This document shows positions 9,497 through 20,262 of a stretch of 64,000 bases of DNA, piece after piece; within the stretch, counting starts at the first letter, position 1, and the number at the start of each line of letters is the position of its first letter. The stretch lies in the sequence record ON528746. One strand, 5' to 3'. The notes under the pieces are model-generated. The model worked only from the letters and a program-made list of their open reading frames with translations. It did not search any database and was not told where the DNA came from. The translations under genes and the position numbers were made by a program. The DNA is from Shigella phage ESh36.

Positions 9497-11005
9497 ATGG
9501 ATATTAAAGTACATTTTCACGACTTCAGTCATGTACGCATCGATTGTGAAGAGAGCACGTTCCACGAATTAAGAGATTTCTTTTCGTTTGAGGCCGATGG
9601 ATATAGGTTTAATCCTCGCTTCAGATATGGCAACTGGGATGGACGAATCCGTCTTTTAGATTATAATCGCCTTCTTCCATTCGGCTTAGTTGGGCAAATT
9701 AAAAAGTTCTGTAATAACTTTGGCTATAAAGCCTGGATTGACCCGCAAATTAACGAAAAAGAAGAATTATCAAGAAAAGATTTTGATGAATGGCTTTCTA
9801 AATTAGAAATCTATTCAGGAAATAAAAGAATTGAACCACACTGGTATCAAAAAGATGCAGTGTTCGAAGGATTAGTTAATCGTCGTAGAATTCTTAATCT
9901 TCCAACATCTGCAGGTAAATCTTTAATTCAAGCTTTGCTTGCTCGATATTATTTGGAAAATTATGAAGGTAAAATTCTTATCATTGTTCCAACAACTGCT
10001 CTGACAACTCAGATGGCTGATGACTTTGTTGACTATCGTTTATTCAGTCATGCAATGATAAAGAAAATTGGCGGTGGAGCATCAAAAGATGATAAATATA
10101 AAAATGATGCACCAGTCGTTGTTGGTACATGGCAAACTGTAGTAAAACAACCAAAAGAATGGTTCTCACAGTTTGGAATGATGATGAATGATGAATGCCA
10201 TCTTGCTACAGGAAAAAGTATTTCATCTATCATATCAGGTTTAAATAACTGCATGTTTAAATTTGGTCTATCTGGTTCATTACGTGATGGCAAAGCCAAT
10301 ATCATGCAGTATGTTGGAATGTTTGGTGAAATATTTAAGCCAGTAACGACCTCTAAATTAATGGAAGATGGACAAGTAACTGAGCTAAAAATTAATAGTA
10401 TTTTTCTTCGCTATCCCGATGAGTTCACTACTAAATTAAAGGGAAAAACTTACCAAGAAGAAATAAAAATTATTACTGGGCTCAGTAAAAGAAATAAATG
10501 GATCGCTAAATTAGCTATTAAGCTTGCACAAAAAGATGAAAACGCTTTTGTCATGTTTAAACATGTGTCACATGGTAAAGCTATTTTCGATTTAATTAAA
10601 AATGAATACGATAAAGTTTATTACGTATCAGGGGAAGTTGATACCGAAACCCGCAATATAATGAAAACCTTAGCTGAAAATGGCAAAGGAATAATTATAG
10701 TAGCTAGTTATGGTGTATTTTCTACTGGTATTTCAGTTAAAAATCTGCACCACGTTGTTTTAGCACACGGTGTTAAATCAAAAATCATTGTATTACAAAC
10801 AATCGGTCGTGTATTACGTAAGCATGGTTCTAAGACAATCGCAACAGTCTGGGACCTCATAGATGACGCGGGCGTAGTTTCTAAATCAAAAACATCTTCT
10901 AAAAAATACTCGCATTTAAACTATCTTTTAAAACATGGACTTGATCGTATTCAGCGTTATGCTGATGAAAAGTTTAATTATGTGATGAAAGAGGTTAAAC
11001 TTTGA
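9497..11005 (+). CDS. uvsW: UvsW DNA/RNA helicase
   Basis: 502 aa; Walker A (LNLPTSAGKS) and DECH box (MMMNDECHLATGK); SF2 helicase; T4 UvsW length. Confidence 0.9.
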   Translation: MDIKVHFHDFSHVRIDCEESTFHELRDFFSFEADGYRFNPRFRYGNWDGRIRLLDYNRLLPFGLVGQIKKFCNNFGYKAWIDPQINEKEELSRKDFDEWLSKLEIYSGNKRIEPHWYQKDAVFEGLVNRRRILNLPTSAGKSLIQALLARYYLENYEGKILIIVPTTALTTQMADDFVDYRLFSHAMIKKIGGGASKDDKYKNDAPVVVGTWQTVVKQPKEWFSQFGMMMNDECHLATGKSISSIISGLNNCMFKFGLSGSLRDGKANIMQYVGMFGEIFKPVTTSKLMEDGQVTELKINSIFLRYPDEFTTKLKGKTYQEEIKIITGLSKRNKWIAKLAIKLAQKDENAFVMFKHVSHGKAIFDLIKNEYDKVYYVSGEVDTETRNIMKTLAENGKGIIIVASYGVFSTGISVKNLHHVVLAHGVKSKIIVLQTIGRVLRKHGSKTIATVWDLIDDAGVVSKSKTSSKKYSHLNYLLKHGLDRIQRYADEKFNYVMKEVKL

Positions 11006-11694
11006 ATTATAAATTAATATATGATAATTTAATTAATAGAGCCCAGAATCGGGCTCGCCTTAATGGATACACTGAAACGCATCATATAATTCCTAGATGT
11101 ATGGGTGGTACAAATGATAAGTGTAATTTAGTAGAACTAACGGCTGAAGAACATTTTATAGCCCATAAACTTTTAGCTAAAATTCATCCAAACCATTACG
11201 GTATAATTAAAGCCGTTATATGTATGGGAATGAACTCAAAGACTCATGAAAGACACGTTAATAAATCTTACGCATGGGAACGTCGTAAAATGGCAGAACT
11301 TCAATCCGGTGAAGGTAATCCATTTTACGGAAAACACCATACGGAAGAACATAAACAATATATGTCAAAACTCATGAAAAGTCGTCCAATTACATGGGGA
11401 AATAAAATTAGTAAAACTAAAAGAATGAACCCAACGAAATGGACCGAAGAAGCTAAAAGATTACATTCAATCAATCAATCGGGTAAAAATAACGGCATGT
11501 ATGGAAGGAAACATTCCGCTAAATCTATTCAGAAAATTAAAGATAACATGCCAGATAATTCAGGAGCTAATAACCCAGCTGCTAAACCTATAGAAGTAAA
11601 TGGTGTTAAGTATAAATGTATGAAAGACGCTTCTAAAGCTACTGGATTATCAATGTACAAACTAAGAATACTTAGAAAAACAGTTAATTTATAA
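11002..11694 (+). CDS. HNH homing endonuclease-like protein (freestanding)
   Basis: 230 codons; HNH core GYTETHHIIPRCMGGTNDKCNLVELTAEEHFIAH; NUMOD3-like repeats (NPFYGKHHTEEHK, NGMYGRKHSAKS); C-terminal HTH-like tail; no ATG at 5' end, apparent TTG start overlapping the uvsW stop (tTTGA). Confidence 0.65.
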   Translation: MNYKLIYDNLINRAQNRARLNGYTETHHIIPRCMGGTNDKCNLVELTAEEHFIAHKLLAKIHPNHYGIIKAVICMGMNSKTHERHVNKSYAWERRKMAELQSGEGNPFYGKHHTEEHKQYMSKLMKSRPITWGNKISKTKRMNPTKWTEEAKRLHSINQSGKNNGMYGRKHSAKSIQKIKDNMPDNSGANNPAAKPIEVNGVKYKCMKDASKATGLSMYKLRILRKTVNL

Positions 11695-11708
11695 GGGCTT
11701 CGGCCCTT
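11693..11708 (+). terminator. stem-loop after the HNH ORF
   Basis: AAGGGC-TTCG-GCCCTT then TT; short T-run, so may be an attenuator or stability element rather than a full terminator. Confidence 0.4.
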
Positions 11709-11719
11709 TGGAGAAAAAG

Positions 11720-11950
11720 ATGTTACTAGGATTTAAACAATTTCTTTATGAAGCTTCTATTGATGAATTTATGGGTAAAATTGCCTCTTGTCAAACATTA
11801 GAAGGTTTAGAAGAACTTGAAGCTTATTATAAGAAAAGAGTTAAAGAAACTGAATTAAAAGATACTGATGACATCTCTGTGAGAGATGCTTTGGCAGGAA
11901 AAAGAGCTGAATTAGAAGATTCAGACGATGAAGTAGAAGAAAGTTTTTAA
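11720..11950 (+). CDS. uvsW.1: hypothetical acidic protein (T4 uvsW.1 position)
   Basis: 76 aa from ATG at 11720, preceded by GGAG; the ORF track extends it to a TTG at 11708. Confidence 0.55.
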   Translation: MLLGFKQFLYEASIDEFMGKIASCQTLEGLEELEAYYKKRVKETELKDTDDISVRDALAGKRAELEDSDDEVEESF

Positions 11951-12005
11951 ATTAAAAAAGGCCCAACCAAAAAGGAAGGGCCAAAACTATAGACTAAAGG
12001 TCACA

Positions 12006-12173
12006 CTATAGCAAAAGTTGTGTTTCATTTAATTGTTCTTCCGAACTTTCTGAAACTGGTAGTTCTTTAATGTAATTATAACAAGGCCCAGGATGTACAG
12101 GACCTTTGTCTGTTTCAACAACCAATGCAGAATCGATTGGAGTTTTACAGACAACGCAAATCTTATCTGACAT
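12006..12173 (-). CDS. small Cys-containing protein (T4 uvsY.-2 position)
   Basis: 55-codon ORF MSDKICVVCKTPIDS...GPCYNY, below the 60-aa cutoff of the supplied track; ATG overlaps nothing; codirectional with uvsY. Confidence 0.45.
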   Translation of the reverse strand: MSDKICVVCKTPIDSALVVETDKGPVHPGPCYNYIKELPVSESSEEQLNETQLLL

Positions 12174-12201
12174 GATTGTCTCCTCTAAATTATATATCTA
12201 T

Positions 12202-12426
12202 TTATATAACTCTCATATGCATATCAATGCCCATATCTTTGGAATAAAAATATTCATCAAGATATCCGGCAAATTTTCCTTTAATATAAAGTACATCTTC
12301 ACCGCATGGGTGGTCGGCCAGGATACGAATATCCTGACGCTTGAGATTATACTTTTTCATTAAGAATTGAATTTCCGTTTCAAATTCTTCTTCATAATTA
12401 AAAGCATCATCAATGCTATATCTCAT
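12202..12426 (-). CDS. hypothetical protein (T4 uvsY.-1 position)
   Basis: 74 aa ORF immediately downstream of uvsY with start/stop overlap. Confidence 0.55.
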   Translation of the reverse strand: MRYSIDDAFNYEEEFETEIQFLMKKYNLKRQDIRILADHPCGEDVLYIKGKFAGYLDEYFYSKDMGIDMHMRVI

Positions 12427-12839
12427 TATTTTCCAGCCTCAAATGCTCGCATGTCTTGAATATGCTTAATAGCAAATCCTCGTGATTTGATAGCATCAAG
12501 AGCTCCGCTACAGAAATCTAATAAAATTCCCCAATATTGTAATGAAGTATCAACCTTTAAAACATCCTTATCAGCTGATAGAACTGTCTTCATTTCTGAT
12601 TTCTCGTAACGATCCATACTAAATTCATCACCATCTCCTCGTCCCGAGTAGTAGTCTAATCTAGCTTTAAGAGCAACTTTTTTCTGTGCATCAATTCTAA
12701 GCATTTCCTTTTTAATACTTGAATGCTTATTAAGCCATTTACTATATAACATCACATTATTAGCTGCTTCATACTGTAATTTAGTCGAATCTATAAACAC
12801 ATCTTTCTTCAATTCTTCTTGAAGATCTTCTAATTTCAT
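12426..12839 (-). CDS. uvsY: UvsY recombination mediator
   Basis: 137 aa; MKLEDLQEELKKDVFIDSTKLQYEAANNVMLYSKWLNKH... matches T4 UvsY; MotA-box middle promoter upstream. Confidence 0.9.
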   Translation of the reverse strand: MKLEDLQEELKKDVFIDSTKLQYEAANNVMLYSKWLNKHSSIKKEMLRIDAQKKVALKARLDYYSGRGDGDEFSMDRYEKSEMKTVLSADKDVLKVDTSLQYWGILLDFCSGALDAIKSRGFAIKHIQDMRAFEAGK

Positions 12840-12879
12840 ATTGTTCTCTATTCAATTGTTATTGGATGGACTTAGATTC

Positions 12880-12907
12880 ATTATACCACGTTTTAACGTG
12901 AAGCATT
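12880..12907 (-). promoter_or_regulatory. MotA-dependent middle promoter for uvsY
   Basis: Minus strand reads AATGCTTCA (MotA box) then 13 nt then TATAAT, upstream of the uvsY ATG. Confidence 0.6.
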
Positions 12908-13304
12908 ATACCCTATTACTCGAAGCCAGTTGCAGTTTCATCTGCTCAATATCATCAGGGTTATCGATGACCGAAAAGCGTATTTCTACTATTAGAGTAT
13001 AATCATCATAAACTGGTATTACATTAACTGCTAATTTATCAATACGTGGCTCGTAGTTTCTTACTGCGCTTTCAATGTTACGCTCAACAGTATCAGCAGT
13101 AAGAGGAGTCATATTCTCAAAAAGCTGATCAGATAAATCGCATCCAAATTCTGGGTCAAATGGCCTTGACCCTTTCCTGGTTGTAATAATTCCTAAAAGG
13201 CTATTTTTAATTGACCTTAATCCAAGAGATCTTGAAACATCTTTGTCCCAATCCATTTTCATTTCTGGGTCAATGTCAGAATAAAGCTTATTAATATTTG
13301 CCAT
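12906..13304 (-). CDS. 25: baseplate wedge protein gp25
   Basis: 132 aa; T4 gp25 length and position. Confidence 0.9.
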   Translation of the reverse strand: MANINKLYSDIDPEMKMDWDKDVSRSLGLRSIKNSLLGIITTRKGSRPFDPEFGCDLSDQLFENMTPLTADTVERNIESAVRNYEPRIDKLAVNVIPVYDDYTLIVEIRFSVIDNPDDIEQMKLQLASSNRV

Positions 13305-13930
13305 TACAATAGCTCAAAGAATTCTTTGAGTCCTCTTATTACATGAGCGTGAGTTTTTCCACACTCTGGACACTTAATTGGAACAGCCAAATAAACAGTA
13401 GGCTTTAAAAGCATATCTTTTATAGCTACAATATCTGACTCTGTGATGATAGAATATAAATCTTCCAGTTCTTTTTCATTTAAGTCTTCAACTGGAATGC
13501 TTTCACCGTTAGCATGAATCGTTTCTATACATGATACTATCATGTGGGCTATATTTTTATCATCAAAAATTTTAGGGTAATGGAACTTAATTTTAATGCC
13601 ACCCAGTGTATACCAGAGGTCTTCTGGTGCATCTATTTGTGTATGTAATAGATTTATATGGGTTGGTATTTCAGTTTCACAGGTGCACTTCCAGGAGTTT
13701 TCATGATTAACTTCTCCAAGAGAATGCGCCCATAAATGAATCAGCAGTAGTTCTGATTCTTGGCGGTTTAAATCTTTTGCATTTGTGCAGTCTTTAATTA
13801 GCTTTTTAACGATCTCTTCTACTGAACCGTTCTTTTTAGCAGTAATAAGCTCTAGATATTCTTTAAGAGTAAATGCGCGACAGTTGATTATTTTAGAACC
13901 AACTCTCACATCAAATTTGTATTCATACAT
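13304..13930 (-). CDS. 26: baseplate hub protein gp26
   Basis: 208 aa; T4 gp26 length and position; late promoter on minus strand at 13952-13959. Confidence 0.85.
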   Translation of the reverse strand: MYEYKFDVRVGSKIINCRAFTLKEYLELITAKKNGSVEEIVKKLIKDCTNAKDLNRQESELLLIHLWAHSLGEVNHENSWKCTCETEIPTHINLLHTQIDAPEDLWYTLGGIKIKFHYPKIFDDKNIAHMIVSCIETIHANGESIPVEDLNEKELEDLYSIITESDIVAIKDMLLKPTVYLAVPIKCPECGKTHAHVIRGLKEFFELL

Positions 13931-13951
13931 ATTTAGCTCCTTTATTTATCA

Positions 13952-13963
13952 TATTTATAAATA
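13952..13963. promoter_or_regulatory. overlapping divergent late promoters for genes 26 and 51
   Basis: Palindromic TATTTATAAATA gives TATAAATA on both strands between divergent late genes. Confidence 0.65.
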
Positions 13964-13980
13964 GAATAAAAGGAGCATCT

Positions 13981-14730
13981 ATGGCAAACATTATTCGTTG
14001 TAAATTACCAGATGGTGTTCATCGTTTTAAACCATTTACGGTAGAAGATTATCGAGATTTTTTGTTAGTTCGAAACGATATAGAACATCGGTCACCACAA
14101 GAACAAAAAGAAATAATTGCTGATTTAATTGCTGATTATTTTGGAGACTATCCGAAGACTTGGCAACCATTTATATTTTTACAGGTATTTGTAGGGTCAA
14201 TAGGCAAAACTAAAGTACCGGTCACATTTGTATGCCCAAAATGTAAAAAAGAAAAGACAGTTCCATTTGAAATATATCAAAAAGAATTAAAGGAACCTAT
14301 TTTTGACGTAGCTAATGTTAGAATTAAATTAAATTTTCCTTCTGAGTTTTATGAAAATAAAGCAAAGATGATTACTGAAAATATTCATTCTGTTCAAGTA
14401 GATGAAATATGGTATGATTGGAAGGAAATTAGTGAATCAAGTCAAATAGAACTTGTTGACGCCATTGAGATAGAAACATTAGAAAAAATTCTCGATGCAA
14501 TGAATCCTATTAATTTAACACTGCATATGTCGTGTTGTAATAAGTATGTAAAAAAATACACTGATATAGTAGATGTGTTTAAGCTATTAGTTAACCCAGA
14601 TGAAATATTTACTTTTTATCAAATTAATCACACACTTGTAAAAAGTAATTATAGCTTAAATTCAATAATGAAAATGATTCCTGCTGAGCGCGGATTCGTA
14701 TTAAAACTGATTGAGAAGGATAAACAATAA
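13981..14730 (+). CDS. 51: baseplate hub assembly catalyst gp51
   Basis: 249 aa; divergent from gene 26 as in T4; TATAAATA at 13956-13963. Confidence 0.85.
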   Translation: MANIIRCKLPDGVHRFKPFTVEDYRDFLLVRNDIEHRSPQEQKEIIADLIADYFGDYPKTWQPFIFLQVFVGSIGKTKVPVTFVCPKCKKEKTVPFEIYQKELKEPIFDVANVRIKLNFPSEFYENKAKMITENIHSVQVDEIWYDWKEISESSQIELVDAIEIETLEKILDAMNPINLTLHMSCCNKYVKKYTDIVDVFKLLVNPDEIFTFYQINHTLVKSNYSLNSIMKMIPAERGFVLKLIEKDKQ

Positions 14731-15905
14731 TGAGTATGTTGCAACGCCCCGGATATCCAAATCTCAGCGTTAAATTATTTGAGAGTTATGACGCTTGGAG
14801 TAATAATAGATTTGTTGAATTAGCTGCTACTATTACCACATTAACTATGCGGGATTCTCTTTATGGTCGAAATGAAGGAATGCTACAGTTTTATGATTCT
14901 AAAAATATCCATACAAAAATGGATGGAAATGAAATAATTCAGATTTCTGTAGCTAACGCAAACGATATTAATAATGTTAAAACACGAATTTATGGATGTA
15001 AGCATTTTTCTGTATCTGTAGATTCAAAGGGCGATAACATCATTGCTATTGAATTGGGAACTATTCATTCCATAGAAAATCTTAAATTTGGCAGACCGTT
15101 TTTCTCTGATGTAGGTGAATCTATAAAGGAAATGCTTGGCGTCATTTACCAGGATCGCACATTATTAACTCCAGCAATAAATGCTATAAATGCTTATGTT
15201 CCTGATATTCCATGGACTAGCACATTTGAAAACTATTTGTCATATGTCAGAGAAGTTGCTCTAGCTGTAGGAAGTGACAAATTTGTATTTGTATGGCAAG
15301 ACATCATGGGAGTTAACATGATGGACTATGATATGATGATAAATCAAGAACCATATCCAATGATTGTCGGTGAGCCATCTTTAATAGGTCAATTCATCCA
15401 AGAATTAAAATATCCATTAGCATATGATTTCGTTTGGTTGACTAAATCGAATCCTCACAAACGTGACCCAATGAAAAATGCTACTATCTATGCTCATTCA
15501 TTTTTAGATTCTTCATTGCCAATGATTACTACAGGAAAGGGCGAAAACTCTATTGTAGTGTCAAGGTCAGGTGCTTATTCTGAAATGACTTATAGGAATG
15601 GCTATGAAGAAGCTATTCGTCTTCAAACTATGGCGCAATATGACGGCTATGCTAAATGTTCTACTGTCGGTAATTTTAACTTGACTCCTGGCGTTAAAAT
15701 TATTTTTAATGATAGTAAAAACCAATTTAAAACAGAATTTTACGTTGATGAAGTTATCCATGAATTATCCAATAATAATTCAGTAACTCATCTATATATG
15801 TTCACTAATGCAACGAAACTGGAAACAATAGACCCAGTTAAGGTTAAAAATGAATTTAAATCTGATACTACCACTGAAGAAAGTAGTTCTTCCAATAAGC
15901 AATAA
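14730..15905 (+). CDS. 27: baseplate hub protein gp27
   Basis: 391 aa; T4 gp27 length and gene order. Confidence 0.9.
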   Translation: MSMLQRPGYPNLSVKLFESYDAWSNNRFVELAATITTLTMRDSLYGRNEGMLQFYDSKNIHTKMDGNEIIQISVANANDINNVKTRIYGCKHFSVSVDSKGDNIIAIELGTIHSIENLKFGRPFFSDVGESIKEMLGVIYQDRTLLTPAINAINAYVPDIPWTSTFENYLSYVREVALAVGSDKFVFVWQDIMGVNMMDYDMMINQEPYPMIVGEPSLIGQFIQELKYPLAYDFVWLTKSNPHKRDPMKNATIYAHSFLDSSLPMITTGKGENSIVVSRSGAYSEMTYRNGYEEAIRLQTMAQYDGYAKCSTVGNFNLTPGVKIIFNDSKNQFKTEFYVDEVIHELSNNNSVTHLYMFTNATKLETIDPVKVKNEFKSDTTTEESSSSNKQ

Positions 15906-16383
15906 AGAAGTTTCTATTCCTAAAATGGGTCTTAAACATTATAACATTTTAAAAGATGTTAAAGGTCCTGATGAAAATTTAAAACTTCTTATTGATTCTA
16001 TTTGTCCGAATTTATCACCAGCAGAAGTTGATTTCGTTTCCATTCATTTATTGGAATTTAATGGAAAGATTAAATCCCGTAAAGAAATAGATGGTTATAC
16101 TTATGACATTAATGATGTTTATGTGTGCCAAAGATTAGAATTTCAATACCAAGGAAATACATTTTATTTTAGACCTCCTGGAAAATTTGAGCAATTTTTG
16201 ACAGTAAGCGATATGTTATCTAAATGCTTGCTTAAGGTCAATGATGAAGTTAAAGAAATTAATTTTCTTGAGATGCCAGCATTTGTATTAAAATGGGCAA
16301 ATGATATTTCTACAACTTTAGCAATTCCTGGCCCTAATGGTCCAATAACTGGAATTGGCAATATTATTGGATTATTTGAATGA
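15850..16383 (+). CDS. 28: baseplate hub distal subunit gp28
   Basis: 177 aa; overlaps the 3' end of gene 27; T4 gp28 length. Confidence 0.8.
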   Translation: MNLNLILPLKKVVLPISNKEVSIPKMGLKHYNILKDVKGPDENLKLLIDSICPNLSPAEVDFVSIHLLEFNGKIKSRKEIDGYTYDINDVYVCQRLEFQYQGNTFYFRPPGKFEQFLTVSDMLSKCLLKVNDEVKEINFLEMPAFVLKWANDISTTLAIPGPNGPITGIGNIIGLFE

Positions 16384-18152
16384 AAAAGCCACAAGAAATG
16401 CAAACGATGCGTAGAAAAGTTATTTCAGATAATAAACCAGTTCAGGAAGCGGCTAAATCCGCTTCTAATACTTTATCTGGACTTAACGATATATCTACGA
16501 AATTGGATGATGCTCAAGCTGCTTCAGAATTAATTGCTCAAACTGTCGAAGAAAAATCGAATGAAATAATTGGAGCAATTGACAATGTAGAAAGCGCAGT
16601 GAGTGATACTACTGCTGGTTCTGAGTTAATTGCTGAAACTGTTGAAATTGGCAATAATATTAATAAAGAAATCGGCGAATCGCTCGGGAGCAAATTAGAT
16701 AAATTAACAAGTTTACTAGAGCAAAAAATTCAGACAGCTGGAATTCAACAGACTGGAACTAGTTTAGCCACGGTTGAAAGCGCTATTCCTGTTAAAGTTG
16801 TTGAGGACGATACAGCTGAATCTGTGGGTCCTTTATTACCGGCTCCTGAAGCAGTTAATAATGATCCTGATGCTGATTTTTTCCCTACCCCTCAGCCAGT
16901 TGAACCCAAACAAGAATCGCCAGAAGAAAAACAGAAAAAAGAAGCATTTAATTTAAAATTATCTCAAGCTTTAGATAAATTAACAAAGACTGTTGATTTT
17001 GGATTTAAAAAATCCATTTCAATTACTGATAAAATATCAAGTATGCTATTTAAGTATACTGTCAGTGCTGCTATTGAAGCTGCTAAAATGGTTGCATTAA
17101 TAATGGCTGTTGTTATTGGAATAGACCTACTGATGGTTCATTTTAAATATTGGTCAGATAAATTTTCAAAAGCCTGGGATTTGTTTAGCACTGATTTTAA
17201 AACTTTTTCAAGCGAAACCGGAACTTGGGGTCCTTTATTACAGAGCATCTTTGAATCTATTGATGAAATTAAAAAGTTCTGGGAAGCTGGAGACTGGGGT
17301 GGATTGACAGTAGCTATTGTGGAAGGACTTGGAAGTGTTCTTTATAATTTAGGAGAACTTATTCAACTTGGAATGGCTAAATTATCAGCAGCAATTCTTC
17401 GAGTTATTCCTGGTATGAAGGATACCGCTGATGAAGTAGAAGGAAGAGCATTAGAAAATTTCCAAAATTCTACTGGAGCATCTCTCAATAAAGAAGACCA
17501 AGAAAAAGTAGCAAATTATCAAGATAAACGAATGAATGACGATCTTGGTCCAATAGCAAAAGGATTAGATAAAATTGCTAATTGGAAAACCCGTGCATCT
17601 AACTGGATTCGTGGTGTTGATAATAAAGAAGCATTGACAACCGATGAAGAACGCGCAGCAGAAGAAGAAAAATTAAAGCAACTTTCACCAGAAGAAAGAA
17701 AAAACGCTTTAATGAAGGCTAATGAAGCTCGTGCTGCGATGATTCGTTTTGAAAAATATGCCGATTCAGCTGATATGAGTAAAGACTCAACAGTTAAATC
17801 AATTGAAGCCGCTCATGAAGACCTTAAAAAACGGATGAATGACCCGGATTTAAATAATTCACCGGCAGTTAAAAAAGAACTTGCTGCTAGATTTTCTAAA
17901 ATTGATGCTACTTATCAAGAGCTTAAGAAAAATCAACCTGAGGCCAAACCTGAAACTTCTGCTAAATCGCCAGAAGCAAAACAAGTCCAGGTAATAGAAA
18001 AGAACAAAGCGCAACAAGCTCCTGTTCAACAAGCATCTCCTTCAATCAATAATACTAATAATGTTATTAAGAAAAATACTGTCGTTCATAATATGACACC
18101 TGTTACGAGTACAACTGCTCCTGGTGTATTTGGCGCGACTGGAGTTAATTAA
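16380..18152 (+). CDS. 29: baseplate hub / tail length determinator gp29
   Basis: 590 aa; extended helical, Ala/Glu/Lys-rich; T4 gp29 length and position. Confidence 0.9.
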   Translation: MKKPQEMQTMRRKVISDNKPVQEAAKSASNTLSGLNDISTKLDDAQAASELIAQTVEEKSNEIIGAIDNVESAVSDTTAGSELIAETVEIGNNINKEIGESLGSKLDKLTSLLEQKIQTAGIQQTGTSLATVESAIPVKVVEDDTAESVGPLLPAPEAVNNDPDADFFPTPQPVEPKQESPEEKQKKEAFNLKLSQALDKLTKTVDFGFKKSISITDKISSMLFKYTVSAAIEAAKMVALIMAVVIGIDLLMVHFKYWSDKFSKAWDLFSTDFKTFSSETGTWGPLLQSIFESIDEIKKFWEAGDWGGLTVAIVEGLGSVLYNLGELIQLGMAKLSAAILRVIPGMKDTADEVEGRALENFQNSTGASLNKEDQEKVANYQDKRMNDDLGPIAKGLDKIANWKTRASNWIRGVDNKEALTTDEERAAEEEKLKQLSPEERKNALMKANEARAAMIRFEKYADSADMSKDSTVKSIEAAHEDLKKRMNDPDLNNSPAVKKELAARFSKIDATYQELKKNQPEAKPETSAKSPEAKQVQVIEKNKAQQAPVQQASPSINNTNNVIKKNTVVHNMTPVTSTTAPGVFGATGVN

Positions 18153-18160
18153 GGAATAAT

Positions 18161-19264
18161 ATGGCAATTGTTAAAGAAATAACTGCTGATTTAATTAAAA
18201 AGTCTGGCGAGACAATTTCAGCTGGACAGAGTACTAAATCAGAAGTAGGAACTAAAACATACACAGCCCAGTTTCCAACTGGGCGTGCTAGTGGTAATGA
18301 CACTACAGGGGACTTCCAGGTAACAGATCTATATAAGAATGGATTATTATTTACTGCATACAATATGTCATCTAGGGATTCTGGAAGTCTCAGATCGATG
18401 AGATCTAACTACTCTTCTTCATCTTCGAGTATTTTACGTACAGCCAGAAACACTATTAGTAGTACAGTATCAAAACTATCAAATGGATTAATATCAAATA
18501 ATAATAATAATAATTCAGGAACAATAAGTAAAGCTCCTATCGCAAATATTCTTTTACCGAGATCTAAATCCGATGTTGACACATCATCACATAGATTTAA
18601 TGATGTTCAAGAAAGCCTTATTAGTAGAGGCGGAGGTACTGCTACTGGTGTGCTAAGTAATATTGCTTCAACCGCAGTATTTGGGGCACTGGAAAGTATA
18701 ACACAAGGTATAATGGCTGATAATAATGAACAGATTTATACGACAGCCAGAAGTATGTATGGTGGTGCTGAAAATAGAACTAAAGTGTTTACATGGGATT
18801 TGACTCCACGTTCAACAGAAGATTTAATGGCTATTATTAATATCTATCAATATTTTAACTATTTTTCTTATGGTGAAACGGGTAAATCTCAATATGCTGC
18901 TGAAATAAAAGGATATCTAGATGAGTGGTATCGCTCTACTTTTATTGAGCCATTAACTCCAGAAGATGCAGTTAAAAATAAGACGTTATTTGAGAAAATG
19001 ACATCGAGTTTAACTAACGTTCTTGTAGTTTCAAACCCGACAATTTGGATGGTGAAAAACTTTGGCGCAACATCTAAGTTTGATGGAAAAACGGAAATAT
19101 TTGGTCCATGCCAAATACAGAGCATTAGATTTGATAAAACACCTAATGGTAACTTTAACGGATTAGCTATTGCTCCAAACCTCCCTAGTACATTTACTCT
19201 CGAGATTACTATGAGAGAGATTATCACGTTAAACCGTGCTTCTTTATATGCGGGGACTTTTTAA
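18161..19264 (+). CDS. 48: baseplate tail-tube junction protein gp48
   Basis: 367 aa; position after gene 29. Confidence 0.85.
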   Translation: MAIVKEITADLIKKSGETISAGQSTKSEVGTKTYTAQFPTGRASGNDTTGDFQVTDLYKNGLLFTAYNMSSRDSGSLRSMRSNYSSSSSSILRTARNTISSTVSKLSNGLISNNNNNNSGTISKAPIANILLPRSKSDVDTSSHRFNDVQESLISRGGGTATGVLSNIASTAVFGALESITQGIMADNNEQIYTTARSMYGGAENRTKVFTWDLTPRSTEDLMAIINIYQYFNYFSYGETGKSQYAAEIKGYLDEWYRSTFIEPLTPEDAVKNKTLFEKMTSSLTNVLVVSNPTIWMVKNFGATSKFDGKTEIFGPCQIQSIRFDKTPNGNFNGLAIAPNLPSTFTLEITMREIITLNRASLYAGTF

Positions 19265-20229
19265 TGTATTCTTTAGAGGAATTTAATAATCAAGCAATAA
19301 ACGCAGATTTCCAACGTAATAATATGTTTAGCTGCGTTTTTGCAACAACTCCATCAACTAAAAGCTCTTCGTTGATAAGTTCAATTAGCAACTTTTCTTA
19401 TAATAACTTGGGCCTAAATTCAAATTGGTTAGGATTAACTCAAGGTGATATTAATCAGGGAATTACCACGCTAATTACAGCTGGCACACAAAAACTGATA
19501 AGAAAATCAGGGGTTAGTAAATATCTTATTGGTGCAATGAGTCAACGCACAGTTCAAAGTTTATTAGGTTCATTTACAGTTGGTACATATTTAATTGACT
19601 TCTTTAACATGGCATATAACTCATCTGGATTGATGATATATTCTGTAAAAATGCCAGAGAATAGATTATCCTATGAAACTGACTGGAACTATAACTCTCC
19701 TAATATTCGTATAACTGGGAGAGAATTAGACCCTTTGGTTATTTCATTTAGAATGGATTCAGAAGCTTGTAACTATCGTGCAATGCAAGACTGGGTTAAC
19801 GCTGTTCAAGACCCAGTAACTGGACTGCGTGCTTTGCCACAAGATGTCGAGGCAGATATTCAGGTTAATCTTCATGCTCGTAATGGATTACCTCATACTG
19901 CGGTGATGTTCACCGGATGCATTCCAGTGTCAGTGAGCGCTCCTGAGTTATCATATGATGGAGATAACCAAATAACTACATTTGATGTTACTTTTGCGTA
20001 TAGAGTGATGCAGGCTGGAGCAGTTGATAGGCAAGCTGCGCTTGAATGGCTTGAATCTGCTGCCATAAACGGTATTCAAAGCGTTCTCGGAAATAGTGGA
20101 GGTGTTACTGGACTATCTAATTCGCTTTCACGACTCAGTAGATTAGGTGGAACTGCAGGAAGCATTTCAAACATTAATACTATGACAGGAATTGTCAATT
20201 CGCAAAGTAAAATATTAGGAGCAATATAA
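19264..20229 (+). CDS. 54: baseplate tail-tube initiator gp54
   Basis: 321 aa; position after gene 48; terminator hairpin follows. Confidence 0.85.
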   Translation: MYSLEEFNNQAINADFQRNNMFSCVFATTPSTKSSSLISSISNFSYNNLGLNSNWLGLTQGDINQGITTLITAGTQKLIRKSGVSKYLIGAMSQRTVQSLLGSFTVGTYLIDFFNMAYNSSGLMIYSVKMPENRLSYETDWNYNSPNIRITGRELDPLVISFRMDSEACNYRAMQDWVNAVQDPVTGLRALPQDVEADIQVNLHARNGLPHTAVMFTGCIPVSVSAPELSYDGDNQITTFDVTFAYRVMQAGAVDRQAALEWLESAAINGIQSVLGNSGGVTGLSNSLSRLSRLGGTAGSISNINTMTGIVNSQSKILGAI

Positions 20230-20233
20230 CAAT

Positions 20234-20262
20234 GGGGACCTTTCGGTCCCCATATTTTTATT
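20234..20262 (+). terminator. terminator after gene 54
   Basis: GGGGACC-TTTC-GGTCCCC hairpin then ATATTTTTATTT, between convergent genes. Confidence 0.75.

Noticed and set aside
12106-12363. 85-codon plus-strand ORF in the uvsY-proximal region
   Set aside because: Begins at TTG, is antisense to two codirectional minus-strand small genes, low-complexity sequence
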